From Fibrobacteria bacterium (lineage in GTDB: Bacteria; Fibrobacterota; Fibrobacteria; UBA11236; JADFYW01): DNA of 64,000 bases. A program made the translations under genes and the position numbers. Of the stretch, positions 30,066 to 39,099 are shown in pieces (the stretch's first letter is position 1; every line of letters begins with the position of its first letter). The notes beneath the pieces were generated by a model. The model worked only from the letters and a program-made list of their open reading frames with translations, searched no databases and was not told the origin of the DNA. The stretch lies in assembly GCA_050294405.1 (NCBI GenBank), contig JBNKOC010000028.1, forward strand, positions 384,001 to 448,000, in the 5' to 3' direction.

Positions 30066-31250
30066 TTAATCCAACATGTCTGATAAGTCTTCCCCTTCCA
30101 GAGTGAGGTCATCCAGCCAAAACTCGGTAGTATCTATTCCTACCAAATTAAACTCAATTCGTTTGATGGAAGTGGCCGATTCCAGCCAGCTTAAGCTGGG
30201 ACTTGGGTTGGCATCTGGAAAAATCCCGAGACTATCAAAGGAGATGTTAAGTTTTTGCCAATCGGAAGGAACTTGAATATCTGCGCTGTAGTGTTTTACA
30301 AACCCCAATTTTTCGATGGCATCGCTTTCAATGCTAACATTCAACCGGCCGCGCCCCTTGATATAAAAAGAAAGCCCTGTTGCCTGGCTAAAATCCCACA
30401 AGCTATCGGCATTGGGTCTGTTTCCAAGGAAATAACCCACTATGCCATAGTTACCCTGAGGGGTTAAAGTGGCAAACAGGGATTGAGAGCTTTGGTATCC
30501 TTCAGATGCAACTTCATATTTTGCGGTACCTGCCGACTGGGTGGAATAGAGATAGTTCCCCTCCACCAGAGCGCTCACACTCATTTGAGTAAGGGGCTCT
30601 TCAAAGCCTTCAATTAATACGGAGTTAAAAGAAACGCTATCACTAAGTTGAATATTCCCGGAGGATCTGACATCCAGGAATGGCCCCAATGCCCACATGG
30701 AATTATCAGAAAGCAGGAAAGAGCGGTAGGTTCCCTGGGAAACATTGGAAATTGAAAAAGAACCGTCGGATTCCAAAGAGGCCGAATAGGAGGAACCAGA
30801 TAAAAAGATGCTCTTTGCTACGGCACCTTTTCCTATGATGGTTCCGGATACCGAACCATAATTTTTCAAAACAAGGGAATCCTCGGAGAAAGAATCTCCA
30901 GTTGACTCTAACTCAGGAGCCAAAACGCCCCCGCTGGGATGATCCGCTTGTACCAGGTAAACTCCCGCAGGCAGAGAATCAAAAGCGGCAATTCCAGATT
31001 CGTCGGTTAAAACAGATTTGTATATAACATCGTTGCCTGCAAGGATATTTTTTAACCAGGAGTTAGATGGGATTGCCTTAACTGAGGCATGGGCAACGGG
31101 TTGTTTTTCCGAGTCGATTAAGGTTAAAGTCAAGGGGTTGCCAATGTCTGTCCCACCTCCGTCGGCCACAGGCTTTGTACCGCAACCCAATAGGCTCCAA
31201 GCTATTGCAACATAGAGGCCATACAGCAAAAATTGAATTTTAGGGTTCAT
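30066..31250 (-). CDS. Lipoprotein with carboxypeptidase-regulatory-like beta domains and a C-terminal CBM11/CIA30-like domain
   Basis: Lipobox LLGC followed by DGGGTDIGNP; C-terminal WDFSQATGLSFYIKG...WQKLNISFDSL...FWLDDL; ATGA overlap with the TIGR02147 gene. Confidence 0.75.
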   Translation of the reverse strand: MNPKIQFLLYGLYVAIAWSLLGCGTKPVADGGGTDIGNPLTLTLIDSEKQPVAHASVKAIPSNSWLKNILAGNDVIYKSVLTDESGIAAFDSLPAGVYLVQADHPSGGVLAPELESTGDSFSEDSLVLKNYGSVSGTIIGKGAVAKSIFLSGSSYSASLESDGSFSISNVSQGTYRSFLLSDNSMWALGPFLDVRSSGNIQLSDSVSFNSVLIEGFEEPLTQMSVSALVEGNYLYSTQSAGTAKYEVASEGYQSSQSLFATLTPQGNYGIVGYFLGNRPNADSLWDFSQATGLSFYIKGRGRLNVSIESDAIEKLGFVKHYSADIQVPSDWQKLNISFDSLGIFPDANPSPSLSWLESATSIKRIEFNLVGIDTTEFWLDDLTLEGEDLSDMLD

Positions 31251-32119
31251 TGTTCGGGCTGGTTTTTTTTCAAACGTTTAGGGCGTTCTGGTTTTACTAA
31301 AGGGAAAAATTGAAAGTTAAGTTGAAAAATTTGATCGGCGTCTTCGCTTGTTTCGGCAAATTCTAATAGTTGTTTGCGGAAATTTTGTAACAGACTTTTG
31401 ACTCGGGAAATATCTTTTTCAGATATTCTTAATGTGGTCCCACTGATTTCCCGGAAGGAGTGCGGAAATCGGGTTATGGATTCTTTCCCTAATTGAATCA
31501 TGTCTTCGTGAAACTTGGAAGCTAATACATGCTTCACTTCAGAGTTAGTTTGCAATTTATTTTCAACGGGTTCCCAGCCATTTTTTGTTTTACGAATTAA
31601 TTTTAATTTTTTTAAGAGACGCAAAGAGCTGGAAGCTTCTTCTCGGCTAATTTCGGGCATTAATACCCGAGATACCCAATGAGAAGAATTTTTAAAGTCC
31701 GGCAAAGCCGTTATTTCACGGATAGCAATGTGCCACCAGTCTCTCATAATTTCCAACTGCTCATCTTTGAGGCTTACGGGAAGCGAGGTTTTTCTCAATT
31801 TAAAAAGCTCTGCCAGCCAGCGTTCTTTTTCCTTTTGAGAGTTGGCGGTGTTGAAGCGCGCTAGAGTAATTAAATAATTGCGTTCATCGTTGCTTAGTTT
31901 AAATGCTTTTCCAAATCGTTCAACTCCCTGAATGGATAAATGGCGCTCTCCGTTGATGACATTTTTAAGGGAGTTAGGAGACTTATACCCAGCCTTAGAG
32001 ACCAGGTAGCGGTGAGAAAAAATCGGGTTGATTTCTTTAGAATATTTAAAAAGGGCTGCAAAATATTCCCTGTAATTAAAATAGCTAAAGATGTTTGGCT
32101 TTTCAGGTTCAGCTTTCAT
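31247..32119 (-). CDS. TIGR02147 / DUF4423 family protein (putative DNA-binding regulator)
   Basis: IFSYFNYREYF...FSHRYL...AGYKSPNSLKNVINGERHLS (HTH-like), WWHIAIRE, REISGTT and QLNFQFFPL motifs. Confidence 0.88.
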   Translation of the reverse strand: MKAEPEKPNIFSYFNYREYFAALFKYSKEINPIFSHRYLVSKAGYKSPNSLKNVINGERHLSIQGVERFGKAFKLSNDERNYLITLARFNTANSQKEKERWLAELFKLRKTSLPVSLKDEQLEIMRDWWHIAIREITALPDFKNSSHWVSRVLMPEISREEASSSLRLLKKLKLIRKTKNGWEPVENKLQTNSEVKHVLASKFHEDMIQLGKESITRFPHSFREISGTTLRISEKDISRVKSLLQNFRKQLLEFAETSEDADQIFQLNFQFFPLVKPERPKRLKKNQPEQ

Positions 32120-32125
32120 AGGACT

Positions 32126-32134
32126 AATATATCA
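32126..32134 (-). promoter_or_regulatory. Extended -10 element placed for leaderless transcription of the TIGR02147 gene
   Basis: The minus strand reads TG-A-TATATT-agtcct-ATG, with no Shine-Dalgarno. Confidence 0.45.
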
Positions 32135-32179
32135 GATTTTTTCGATTTGGAAATGGGGCTCCCTTATAGTTTCTTTTCA

Positions 32180-32265
32180 CTGTATCCTGATATGGAGGAT
32201 TAAAAAATATAATATATACATTATTCCCCTTAAAAATTGTTTGAACGTATCCTATAAAGATACAG
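32180..32265. promoter_or_regulatory. Candidate operator: GTATC-N7-GATAC palindrome plus a third half-site
   Basis: GTATCctataaaGATAC at 32247-32263. CTGTATC at 32180 is the exact complement of GATACAG at 32259. GTATCCT is a direct repeat at 32182 and 32247. Confidence 0.4.
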
Positions 32266-32431
32266 AAATATTCAATAATAGAAAAGACCGGCATTCTAAG
32301 TAATAGCCCATGGCTATATTGAGTAGAAATCCTGAGTGACTATATACCGGGAAAATAGGGAAACAAAAATCTTGGAACCATACCAGCCTGGAGGTTGGGC
32401 AATTTGTGATATTTTGATTTTTGGAAAACTT

Positions 32432-33427
32432 ATGCTTAATAAAAATTTTGCATTATTTACTGCGGGATTGATGCTTTGCTTGATGCCCGTTATGGCCCAA
32501 TCATTAACTGGAATTGAATCTGTGGAATTCGATTCCTCTCACAACCGCTATTTGATATCCAATGGGGATAATATTATCGCCCAATCCGCTTCCGATGGCA
32601 CTTTAAGCGTATTTGGTAGCGGGACCGCTAAGTTTGGAATGGAAGTAATGGATGGTGTTTTGTACGCAATAACGGATGGGGGCGTAAAAGGCTATGATTT
32701 GGAAACCGGGGAGGAAGTTGTAGATGTTCCCTTAACTGGCACTATGCTAAATGGAATGGCAAGCAATGGGGAAAATTTGTTGTGGATAACCGACACATTT
32801 GGAACGAGCGTTACTCAAGTCAATGTGGAGGATAAACAAAACCCTACTGTTGAAAAAATTGTAGCCAGTACTCCTGCGCAACCTAATGGAATCTATTTCG
32901 ATTCGCTTGTTAGCCGTTTGGTTTTTATCAATTGGGGAAATAATGTGGAAATCCAATCTGTTTTATTAACCGATCCCAATGCCATTAAAACGGAAATGTC
33001 AACTAGCTTGGGGAATTGCGATGGTATCACCCGCGATAGGGCGGGAAATTGGTATGTATCCTGTTGGGTTCCGGAATCTGGAGTTTATAAAATTGCTCCA
33101 GATTTTTCTGGAGTGGCGGTCCCAATTGAAGGCGATTTTGAAAACCCCGCGGACATGGATTACAATCCGCTGGATGATGTTGTTGTGGTTCCCAATACCG
33201 GTAATAATTCAATTTCCCTGATACAGCTGGAGAACCCAGTCTCCCTCCGTTTCCCAGCTAAGGGGGGAACAGAGAACATCTCTGTTCCCCCTGAATTTTT
33301 TACAGTCCCCCAAGCTATTTTCCCTGAATTATCTAAGGGAAATGTTATGTGGTATAACGTTTTGGGAAAACCCTTGTTTTACAGTAAGCCCGTTAAGAGT
33401 CCCCAATTGCATGTGGAATATAAGTAA
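32432..33427 (+). CDS. Secreted SMP-30/gluconolactonase-like beta-propeller with short C-terminal sorting-like tail
   Basis: Signal MLNKNF...PVMA-Q; GIESV, LNGM, PNGI, CDGI and PADM blade motifs; tail WYNVLGK. Confidence 0.75.
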   Translation: MLNKNFALFTAGLMLCLMPVMAQSLTGIESVEFDSSHNRYLISNGDNIIAQSASDGTLSVFGSGTAKFGMEVMDGVLYAITDGGVKGYDLETGEEVVDVPLTGTMLNGMASNGENLLWITDTFGTSVTQVNVEDKQNPTVEKIVASTPAQPNGIYFDSLVSRLVFINWGNNVEIQSVLLTDPNAIKTEMSTSLGNCDGITRDRAGNWYVSCWVPESGVYKIAPDFSGVAVPIEGDFENPADMDYNPLDDVVVVPNTGNNSISLIQLENPVSLRFPAKGGTENISVPPEFFTVPQAIFPELSKGNVMWYNVLGKPLFYSKPVKSPQLHVEYK

Positions 33428-33433
33428 GGAACC

Positions 33434-35146
33434 ATGGTTTTTTCATCAAAAAAAACAAGAATGTTCTGCGGGAAAATCCTTCCATGTAGATACCTGTTTC
33501 TCGGATATTCCTTTTTGTTGCTTGCTGTTTCAGTAATGGCTCAAAACCGTCTTGGCCAGCATCCGGGTTACCAGCTTGTAAGCTATCCCCTGGATGACTT
33601 TAATATGGGCATAACCGGAATGGATTTTTTACCAGACGGCAGGATGGTCATTTCCACTTACCGGGGAGACACTGCCAAAAGCTACGAAAACATCATGTTT
33701 GGGAGGGAAACTTTTGGGCAGGTTTACCTCGTTGAAAATATTCAGGGAGATCCGAGTGAAGTGACTCACAGCCTTATTGCGGATGGCTTTATAGACGCCA
33801 TGGGCGTGGAAGTGGTGGAGGGGGATATATACATTGGGGATATTAATCGCATAATCAAACTGGTAGATAGTGACGGCGATGGCTTTTACGAAAACAAGGA
33901 AACGGTAGGAGAGTTGCCTGCCGGGGATGATGCATCGCTTACATACTCTTACGGTCCGGTTTATAAAGACGGGTATTTTTATATGTCACTGGGTTCCCCG
34001 GCAGCTTTTAACAGTAAGGACAGAGGGACTGTTGTGCGCATTCCCTTTGAGGGCGGTGATTATGAGGTTGTGGCCACTGGCCTTCGCTCGCCGGACGGTA
34101 TCGGATTGGGGCCGGAAGGAGAAATTTTTGTAACCGACAATCAGGGTAATTTTCGACCCGCTTCTATTTTAACCCATATACAACCAGGAAAATTCTACGG
34201 ATGGGGTTTTGGCAATAACCAACCTGAAACTGCTTCTCCTAGCCTGCATCTGCCCTATCAGGTACTCAACAATTCTCCCACAGAGCCTGCATATATGAGT
34301 AACGGCCGTTATGCGGGGCAGATACTCTACGGAGATTGGGGACGAAATACGTTATTTCGCGCCTTTGTTGAACAGGTTGGGGGAAACTACCAAGGAGCGG
34401 CTTTTCCCGTGACTGGAGGTTTTAGCGCCTTTGTACACCGTATAAAAATAGACGATGACGGAGTGATTTACCTTGGTGAAATTACCTTAGCCTCTGGCCC
34501 AAGGGGCCCCCAAAAATTAATACCCCGGCCAGAGGCGCAAGTTTTTGAAATGTTGGCGGTGCGCTCCCGATTGGGGGGTATGGAAATAGAATTTACCCAG
34601 CCTGTGGGTGATGCGGCAGAACAAGTGGAAATGTATGCTTTGGAACATTGGCATTATACACCTACTTCAGCCTATTATAATGATCCACAGGATGTTTTAT
34701 CCCTTGAAATTGCTTCCGTTCAAATTTCGGAAGATCGCTTACGGGTGTATCTGGAAGTTCCTGGGCTGAGCGAGGGCAAGGTTATTCATATTAGTTTGGG
34801 CGAAAATTATACATCGCAAACTGGAGAAAATTTGTGGTTTCAAGATACATATTATACTCTGAACGCAATTTCCAATACTCCGCCACAGTTGGCTTCCATA
34901 TCTCCTTCGGCCAGGGAAACCGCTTCTTATCTTAAGTTTGAGAGGAAAGGCAAAGGTTTGATGTTTCATTGGAAAGGAAATTTTGAAAATTTTTCCCTAT
35001 ACAACCTTCAGGGAGCATTGCGTTTTTCATCGGAGGTTTCGGATCAACAAACGTTATGGGTTCCTGCTTCGTTTTTAACTAAGGACGTTTTAATTGTGAA
35101 ATTAACAGCTGAAAACATTTATTCAATTCAAAAAATCATCTTATAA
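33434..35146 (+). CDS. Secreted glucose/sorbosone-dehydrogenase-like beta-propeller + Ig-like domain + T9SS-like CTD
   Basis: GMDFLPDGRM, ATGLRSPDGIG and VTDNQGNF motifs; tail SLYNLQG...LIVKL...QKIIL. Confidence 0.75.
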   Translation: MVFSSKKTRMFCGKILPCRYLFLGYSFLLLAVSVMAQNRLGQHPGYQLVSYPLDDFNMGITGMDFLPDGRMVISTYRGDTAKSYENIMFGRETFGQVYLVENIQGDPSEVTHSLIADGFIDAMGVEVVEGDIYIGDINRIIKLVDSDGDGFYENKETVGELPAGDDASLTYSYGPVYKDGYFYMSLGSPAAFNSKDRGTVVRIPFEGGDYEVVATGLRSPDGIGLGPEGEIFVTDNQGNFRPASILTHIQPGKFYGWGFGNNQPETASPSLHLPYQVLNNSPTEPAYMSNGRYAGQILYGDWGRNTLFRAFVEQVGGNYQGAAFPVTGGFSAFVHRIKIDDDGVIYLGEITLASGPRGPQKLIPRPEAQVFEMLAVRSRLGGMEIEFTQPVGDAAEQVEMYALEHWHYTPTSAYYNDPQDVLSLEIASVQISEDRLRVYLEVPGLSEGKVIHISLGENYTSQTGENLWFQDTYYTLNAISNTPPQLASISPSARETASYLKFERKGKGLMFHWKGNFENFSLYNLQGALRFSSEVSDQQTLWVPASFLTKDVLIVKLTAENIYSIQKIIL

Positions 35147-35167
35147 ATATTAAAGGATTATGTTAGT

Positions 35168-36574
35168 GTGGATTCTTTAGGTATAACCAAAAAAACTTTA
35201 TTTATGTGGACAGCTGTTGCGTTTATCTGCATGTCCGTTTCTCTTTCCGCGCAAATTACATTTACAGATGTCTTCCCTGATCTTGATTTTGAGGAACCAA
35301 TTTATTTTGGACCCTTCCCTGGCAAAACTGAAACCTATGTGGTTTTGGAACAGCACGCAGGCAACGTATTGGTGGTTTCCAAACAGGGTGATATATGGAC
35401 AAAAAGCATTCTATATAATCTTGATGTTCATCAAAATGCGGAGATGGGATTGTTGGGTTTTGCCTTCCATCCAGATTTTTTGAACAATCGAAAATATTAT
35501 ATCAGTTATGATCCGCCTGAGGAGTTTTCAAATATAGTAGAAGAGCGCGCTGTGGATGAAACCCTGATTGCCGATTCTGGCGAAGAAGGGGTTTTGATCT
35601 TTAACATAGACGATCCTTACAGCAACCACAACGGGGGTACAATAGCCTTTGGTCCTGACGGCTATCTTTATTTTGGGACTGGGGACGGAGGTTTTAATTT
35701 TTCCAACTTAACGGATGATCCCGAGGCAAATGGCCAAAATACAAACAGCTTGCTGGCTAAAATGTTGCGGGTTGATGTTAATAGCCAGGAAAACGGAAAG
35801 AACTATGCCATTCCTCCTGATAATCCTTTCGCAGGGGGAGGGGGAGCCGGAGAAGTTTTTGCATATGGATTGAGAAATCCCTGGAAATGGAGTTTTGATC
35901 CGTTAAACGGAGATCTTTGGGTAGGGGATGTGGGCGCAAGCGCTACGGAAGAAGTTAACATAATAACCGCTGGAGGCAATTACGGTTGGGTTTCCATGGA
36001 GGGAACGGCAGGCACCAACACGGGCAACATGATTTTGCCCGTTTTTTCCTACGGAAGGGCTGATGGAAGGGCTGTTATAGGCGGAGTGGTGTATCGAGCT
36101 AATCCGGAATCGCCTTATTATGGAAGCTATTTTACTGCAGATTATTATACCCAGAATCTCTGGGGTTTGAAAAAAAATGGAACCGATGCGGCTACGGCTA
36201 CGGAACTGGGCACAGCCCCAACGGGCATTTCCAGTTTCGGCTATGATGAATTGGGTCGCATATATGCCGTAGGTCACGGAAATGGCATTATATATCGTTT
36301 GGACAGTCCTGATTTAGGCGGCCAATCCACAGGCATAGGATCCCTTGGAATCCCCAAAATTCAATCGTCAAAAACTTTTCATGTTTCTCGGGGTGGTATC
36401 CTCAACCCAGATTTATTCATAGCTGGAGACAAATGGGAGATGATAAGTTCCAATGGAACAAAAAGCAAAACTTTTAGCCTCCAAGCCCGACGAATACCTG
36501 TGGAAACAGACTGCGGATTGTATCTGTTACGCAATACTAGAACCGGGAGCAACAATATCTTATTGGTTTTTTAA
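35168..36574 (+). CDS. PQQ-dependent sugar dehydrogenase (GSDH family) with C-terminal sorting-like tail
   Basis: EMGLLGFAFHPDF, NHNGGTIAFGPDGYLY, IPPDNPF, YGLRNPWKWSFD and GGNYGW motifs. Confidence 0.88.
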   Translation: MDSLGITKKTLFMWTAVAFICMSVSLSAQITFTDVFPDLDFEEPIYFGPFPGKTETYVVLEQHAGNVLVVSKQGDIWTKSILYNLDVHQNAEMGLLGFAFHPDFLNNRKYYISYDPPEEFSNIVEERAVDETLIADSGEEGVLIFNIDDPYSNHNGGTIAFGPDGYLYFGTGDGGFNFSNLTDDPEANGQNTNSLLAKMLRVDVNSQENGKNYAIPPDNPFAGGGGAGEVFAYGLRNPWKWSFDPLNGDLWVGDVGASATEEVNIITAGGNYGWVSMEGTAGTNTGNMILPVFSYGRADGRAVIGGVVYRANPESPYYGSYFTADYYTQNLWGLKKNGTDAATATELGTAPTGISSFGYDELGRIYAVGHGNGIIYRLDSPDLGGQSTGIGSLGIPKIQSSKTFHVSRGGILNPDLFIAGDKWEMISSNGTKSKTFSLQARRIPVETDCGLYLLRNTRTGSNNILLVF

Positions 36575-36626
36575 GGAAATATGCCGTTCAGGCTGACTAA
36601 ATCACCCCAAACTAGGGAGGGACAAA

Positions 36627-37808
36627 ATGAAAAACAATTACTCAACATGTATAAGGCGGACATCGTGTTCAGGTTTGGCCTTTGTTTCCACGGGAATGTT
36701 GTTTGTTAGTACTTCTTTAGCTCAAATGGACCCGGATGAAAATTTTGAGGCTCGTTGCAATGCGCCTGGTGTGACGCTGTGCGCGAGTTTTGATTCTCAA
36801 TCTTCCACCGACATGCCCGGCAGATCGGGACAGGCGCAGGTGGATACAGAAATCAAAGCTTCGGGAGAAGGATCCATGTATGTGGATGTTTGCGGCAATT
36901 GCCCTTCGGCTCCAGGCTACATAGCCACAAATATGGGGGCTGAATTCGGCGCCAACAGCAGTCTTTATATCCAATGGCGTCAGCGTTTTGATCAGAACAT
37001 GATAGATGTTGATTTAGGCGGGGAAGGCTTTAAACAAATGGTGCTGTACGATCAGTCCCCTGGAGGCAATATCGAGGTGGCTATGCTTAATCTTGGCTAC
37101 AATGGTTTTCCTCAGGCTTATACAGCCATGGGGGGAGCCTACATGAGAAAGCCCCAAAGATCATTGCAGGGAAGTACGCTTATGTGGAATGAAGAGGAAG
37201 ACATCTGTACAACAAGCGACATGGAAAACTGCCTGCATTATAAACCCGATGAATGGATGACTTTTTATTATGAACAGGAAATTGGAGATTGGGGGGAAGC
37301 CAACACCCGGATTAAAATCTCCATGAGCGGTGAAAATGAGCCCTTGCAAACTTTTATAACCTATGATGATTGGACTTTTGAGGACGACGGCCCCGACTCT
37401 TACCAGCGCACCATCTGGCTTGGCCCCTTTTCCCTGGGTCGCAGCGGGTCGGGCTTTGAAGATGCTCAAACCTGGATAGATGAATTGATAATCTCCACTG
37501 AGCCCATTGCCGATCCTTATCAGGAAAGTACGGATATACACAAGAGTCCCTTTGGGAAGGACAAAGGAAATATGGAAATTAAAGCTCATTTCTTTGAGAA
37601 AAATTCATTTATCATTTCTTTTGCGAACAAAAAGAAAAATGCAAATGTCTCCATATATGATATAAAGGGAAAAGAAGTGGAGAGGTTTGCAGGATTAAAA
37701 GACGATAAAGTGGAATGGAACGCTTCTAAAATGCAAAAGGGTATTTATCTGGTTCAAGTGGAGTCGGATGATCAGAACTTCAATCAAAAGCTAGTACTGA
37801 CTCATTAA
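36627..37808 (+). CDS. Secreted protein with uncharacterised (probable beta-jelly-roll) domain + T9SS type-A-like CTD, paralogue 1
   Basis: GGGAGG RBS; signal peptide; YIQWRQRF, DEWMTF and TWIDELIISTEPI motifs; CTD SIYDIKGK...WNAS...GIYLV...KLVL. Confidence 0.8.
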   Translation: MKNNYSTCIRRTSCSGLAFVSTGMLFVSTSLAQMDPDENFEARCNAPGVTLCASFDSQSSTDMPGRSGQAQVDTEIKASGEGSMYVDVCGNCPSAPGYIATNMGAEFGANSSLYIQWRQRFDQNMIDVDLGGEGFKQMVLYDQSPGGNIEVAMLNLGYNGFPQAYTAMGGAYMRKPQRSLQGSTLMWNEEEDICTTSDMENCLHYKPDEWMTFYYEQEIGDWGEANTRIKISMSGENEPLQTFITYDDWTFEDDGPDSYQRTIWLGPFSLGRSGSGFEDAQTWIDELIISTEPIADPYQESTDIHKSPFGKDKGNMEIKAHFFEKNSFIISFANKKKNANVSIYDIKGKEVERFAGLKDDKVEWNASKMQKGIYLVQVESDDQNFNQKLVLTH

Positions 37809-37824
37809 CCAAGGAAATATCTCT

Positions 37825-37882
37825 TAAGGGCCCCGCGAGCTTGAAGGGACAATGGGACGCCCAATTTTTAGAACTGCCCTTA
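37825..37882 (+). repeat. Shrunken MITE-family remnant between the two paralogues
   Basis: The right end AATTTTTAGAACTGCCCTTA matches 17/20 to the right TIR of 47292-47530. The left end TAAGGGC is the complement of its last 7 nt. Confidence 0.6.
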
Positions 37883-37910
37883 TATAAACATACATCAAAA
37901 GGGGAGAATT

Positions 37911-39053
37911 ATGAAAATCAAAAAGATTTTGGAAAGCCTGATTTTGACAGGAGCCCTTGTTGGTCAAATATTCGGCCAGGCAAATCCAGATGCAAGTTTC
38001 GAAGAAAGGTGTAATGCTGATGGAGTCCTGCATTGCTTTGGTTTTGATACTCCCCAATTACATGGCCAGGTGTCAGGCACAGCCACCTTCACAGATGAAA
38101 TAAAAGTTTCCGGAGAAGGTTCCATGCATGTGCCCATGCCTCCCAGCGCTGGCATGGTTATTGGGAATGTGGTAGTGGACTTGGGGGCGACTTTCGGAGA
38201 GGGGAGTTCTTTATACATGCAATGGCGCCAGAGATTTTCGGAATCCTATACCACTGAAGACTTGGGAGGGGATGGAGTTAAACAAGTGGTCATTTACGAT
38301 GATCAACCCTGTTGCGAAGTGGAAGTGGCGATGCTCAATTGGGAATACCGTGGCTTCCCTCAGTTTTATACCAATGTGATGCAGAATTGGTTTTATAAAG
38401 ACCTGGGAGGCGGCGATGTAGCCTGGCAATACAATGAAGAGGAAATTATTTGCACAGAATCCGATCCAAGTACTTGCGATAAGTATCTGCCCGATGAATG
38501 GATGACTTTTTCTTACGAAATGCATATTGGTGATTGGGGCGAGCCCAATAGTGTTATCAAGGCGGCCTGGGCTCCTGAAGGAAAGCCTTTAAAGACCTAT
38601 GTTTATCTAGACGATTGGGAATTTAACCAGGACACTCCCGGACCAGATAATGCCTTTCGTACAGCCTGGATAGGGCCCTTTTCAGTAGATCGAACAGCCG
38701 GTGGCAATCCCGATGCGGAAACCTGGTACGATGAATTTATTATTTCTACTGAGCCCATTGCCGATCCCAATGAGTCCCCTGTCACCCATGTCCGCGCGAT
38801 GGATAGAGCAGAAGGAAAGCTGAACATTCAGCTAAGCTCATTAAATAATCTGGTAAATATTTCTTGGTTGGAAATTAGGGGATCGGTGGATGTATCCATT
38901 TATTCCTCTCAGGGTAAGCGCTTAACTCGCTTCACAGGCAATCAGCCAGGAAAAGTCGTTTGGGACGCTTCAGATCAGAGCAGTGGGGTGTACCTGGTTG
39001 AATTGAATTCAGGCTATCAAACTTATAGGAAAAAATTTTCTCTAATACGTTAG
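37911..39053 (+). CDS. Secreted protein, paralogue 2 of 36627-37808, with T9SS type-A-like CTD
   Basis: Colinear motifs FEERCNA, SGEGSM, YMQWRQRF, EVAMLN, GFPQ, DEWMTF, IGDWGE and ISTEPIADP; CTD SIYSSQGK...WDAS...GVYLV. Confidence 0.8.
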   Translation: MKIKKILESLILTGALVGQIFGQANPDASFEERCNADGVLHCFGFDTPQLHGQVSGTATFTDEIKVSGEGSMHVPMPPSAGMVIGNVVVDLGATFGEGSSLYMQWRQRFSESYTTEDLGGDGVKQVVIYDDQPCCEVEVAMLNWEYRGFPQFYTNVMQNWFYKDLGGGDVAWQYNEEEIICTESDPSTCDKYLPDEWMTFSYEMHIGDWGEPNSVIKAAWAPEGKPLKTYVYLDDWEFNQDTPGPDNAFRTAWIGPFSVDRTAGGNPDAETWYDEFIISTEPIADPNESPVTHVRAMDRAEGKLNIQLSSLNNLVNISWLEIRGSVDVSIYSSQGKRLTRFTGNQPGKVVWDASDQSSGVYLVELNSGYQTYRKKFSLIR

Positions 39054-39099
39054 ATTTTTTTACTCTAACAACATAAAAATTTTCAGTTGGGAGATCTTA

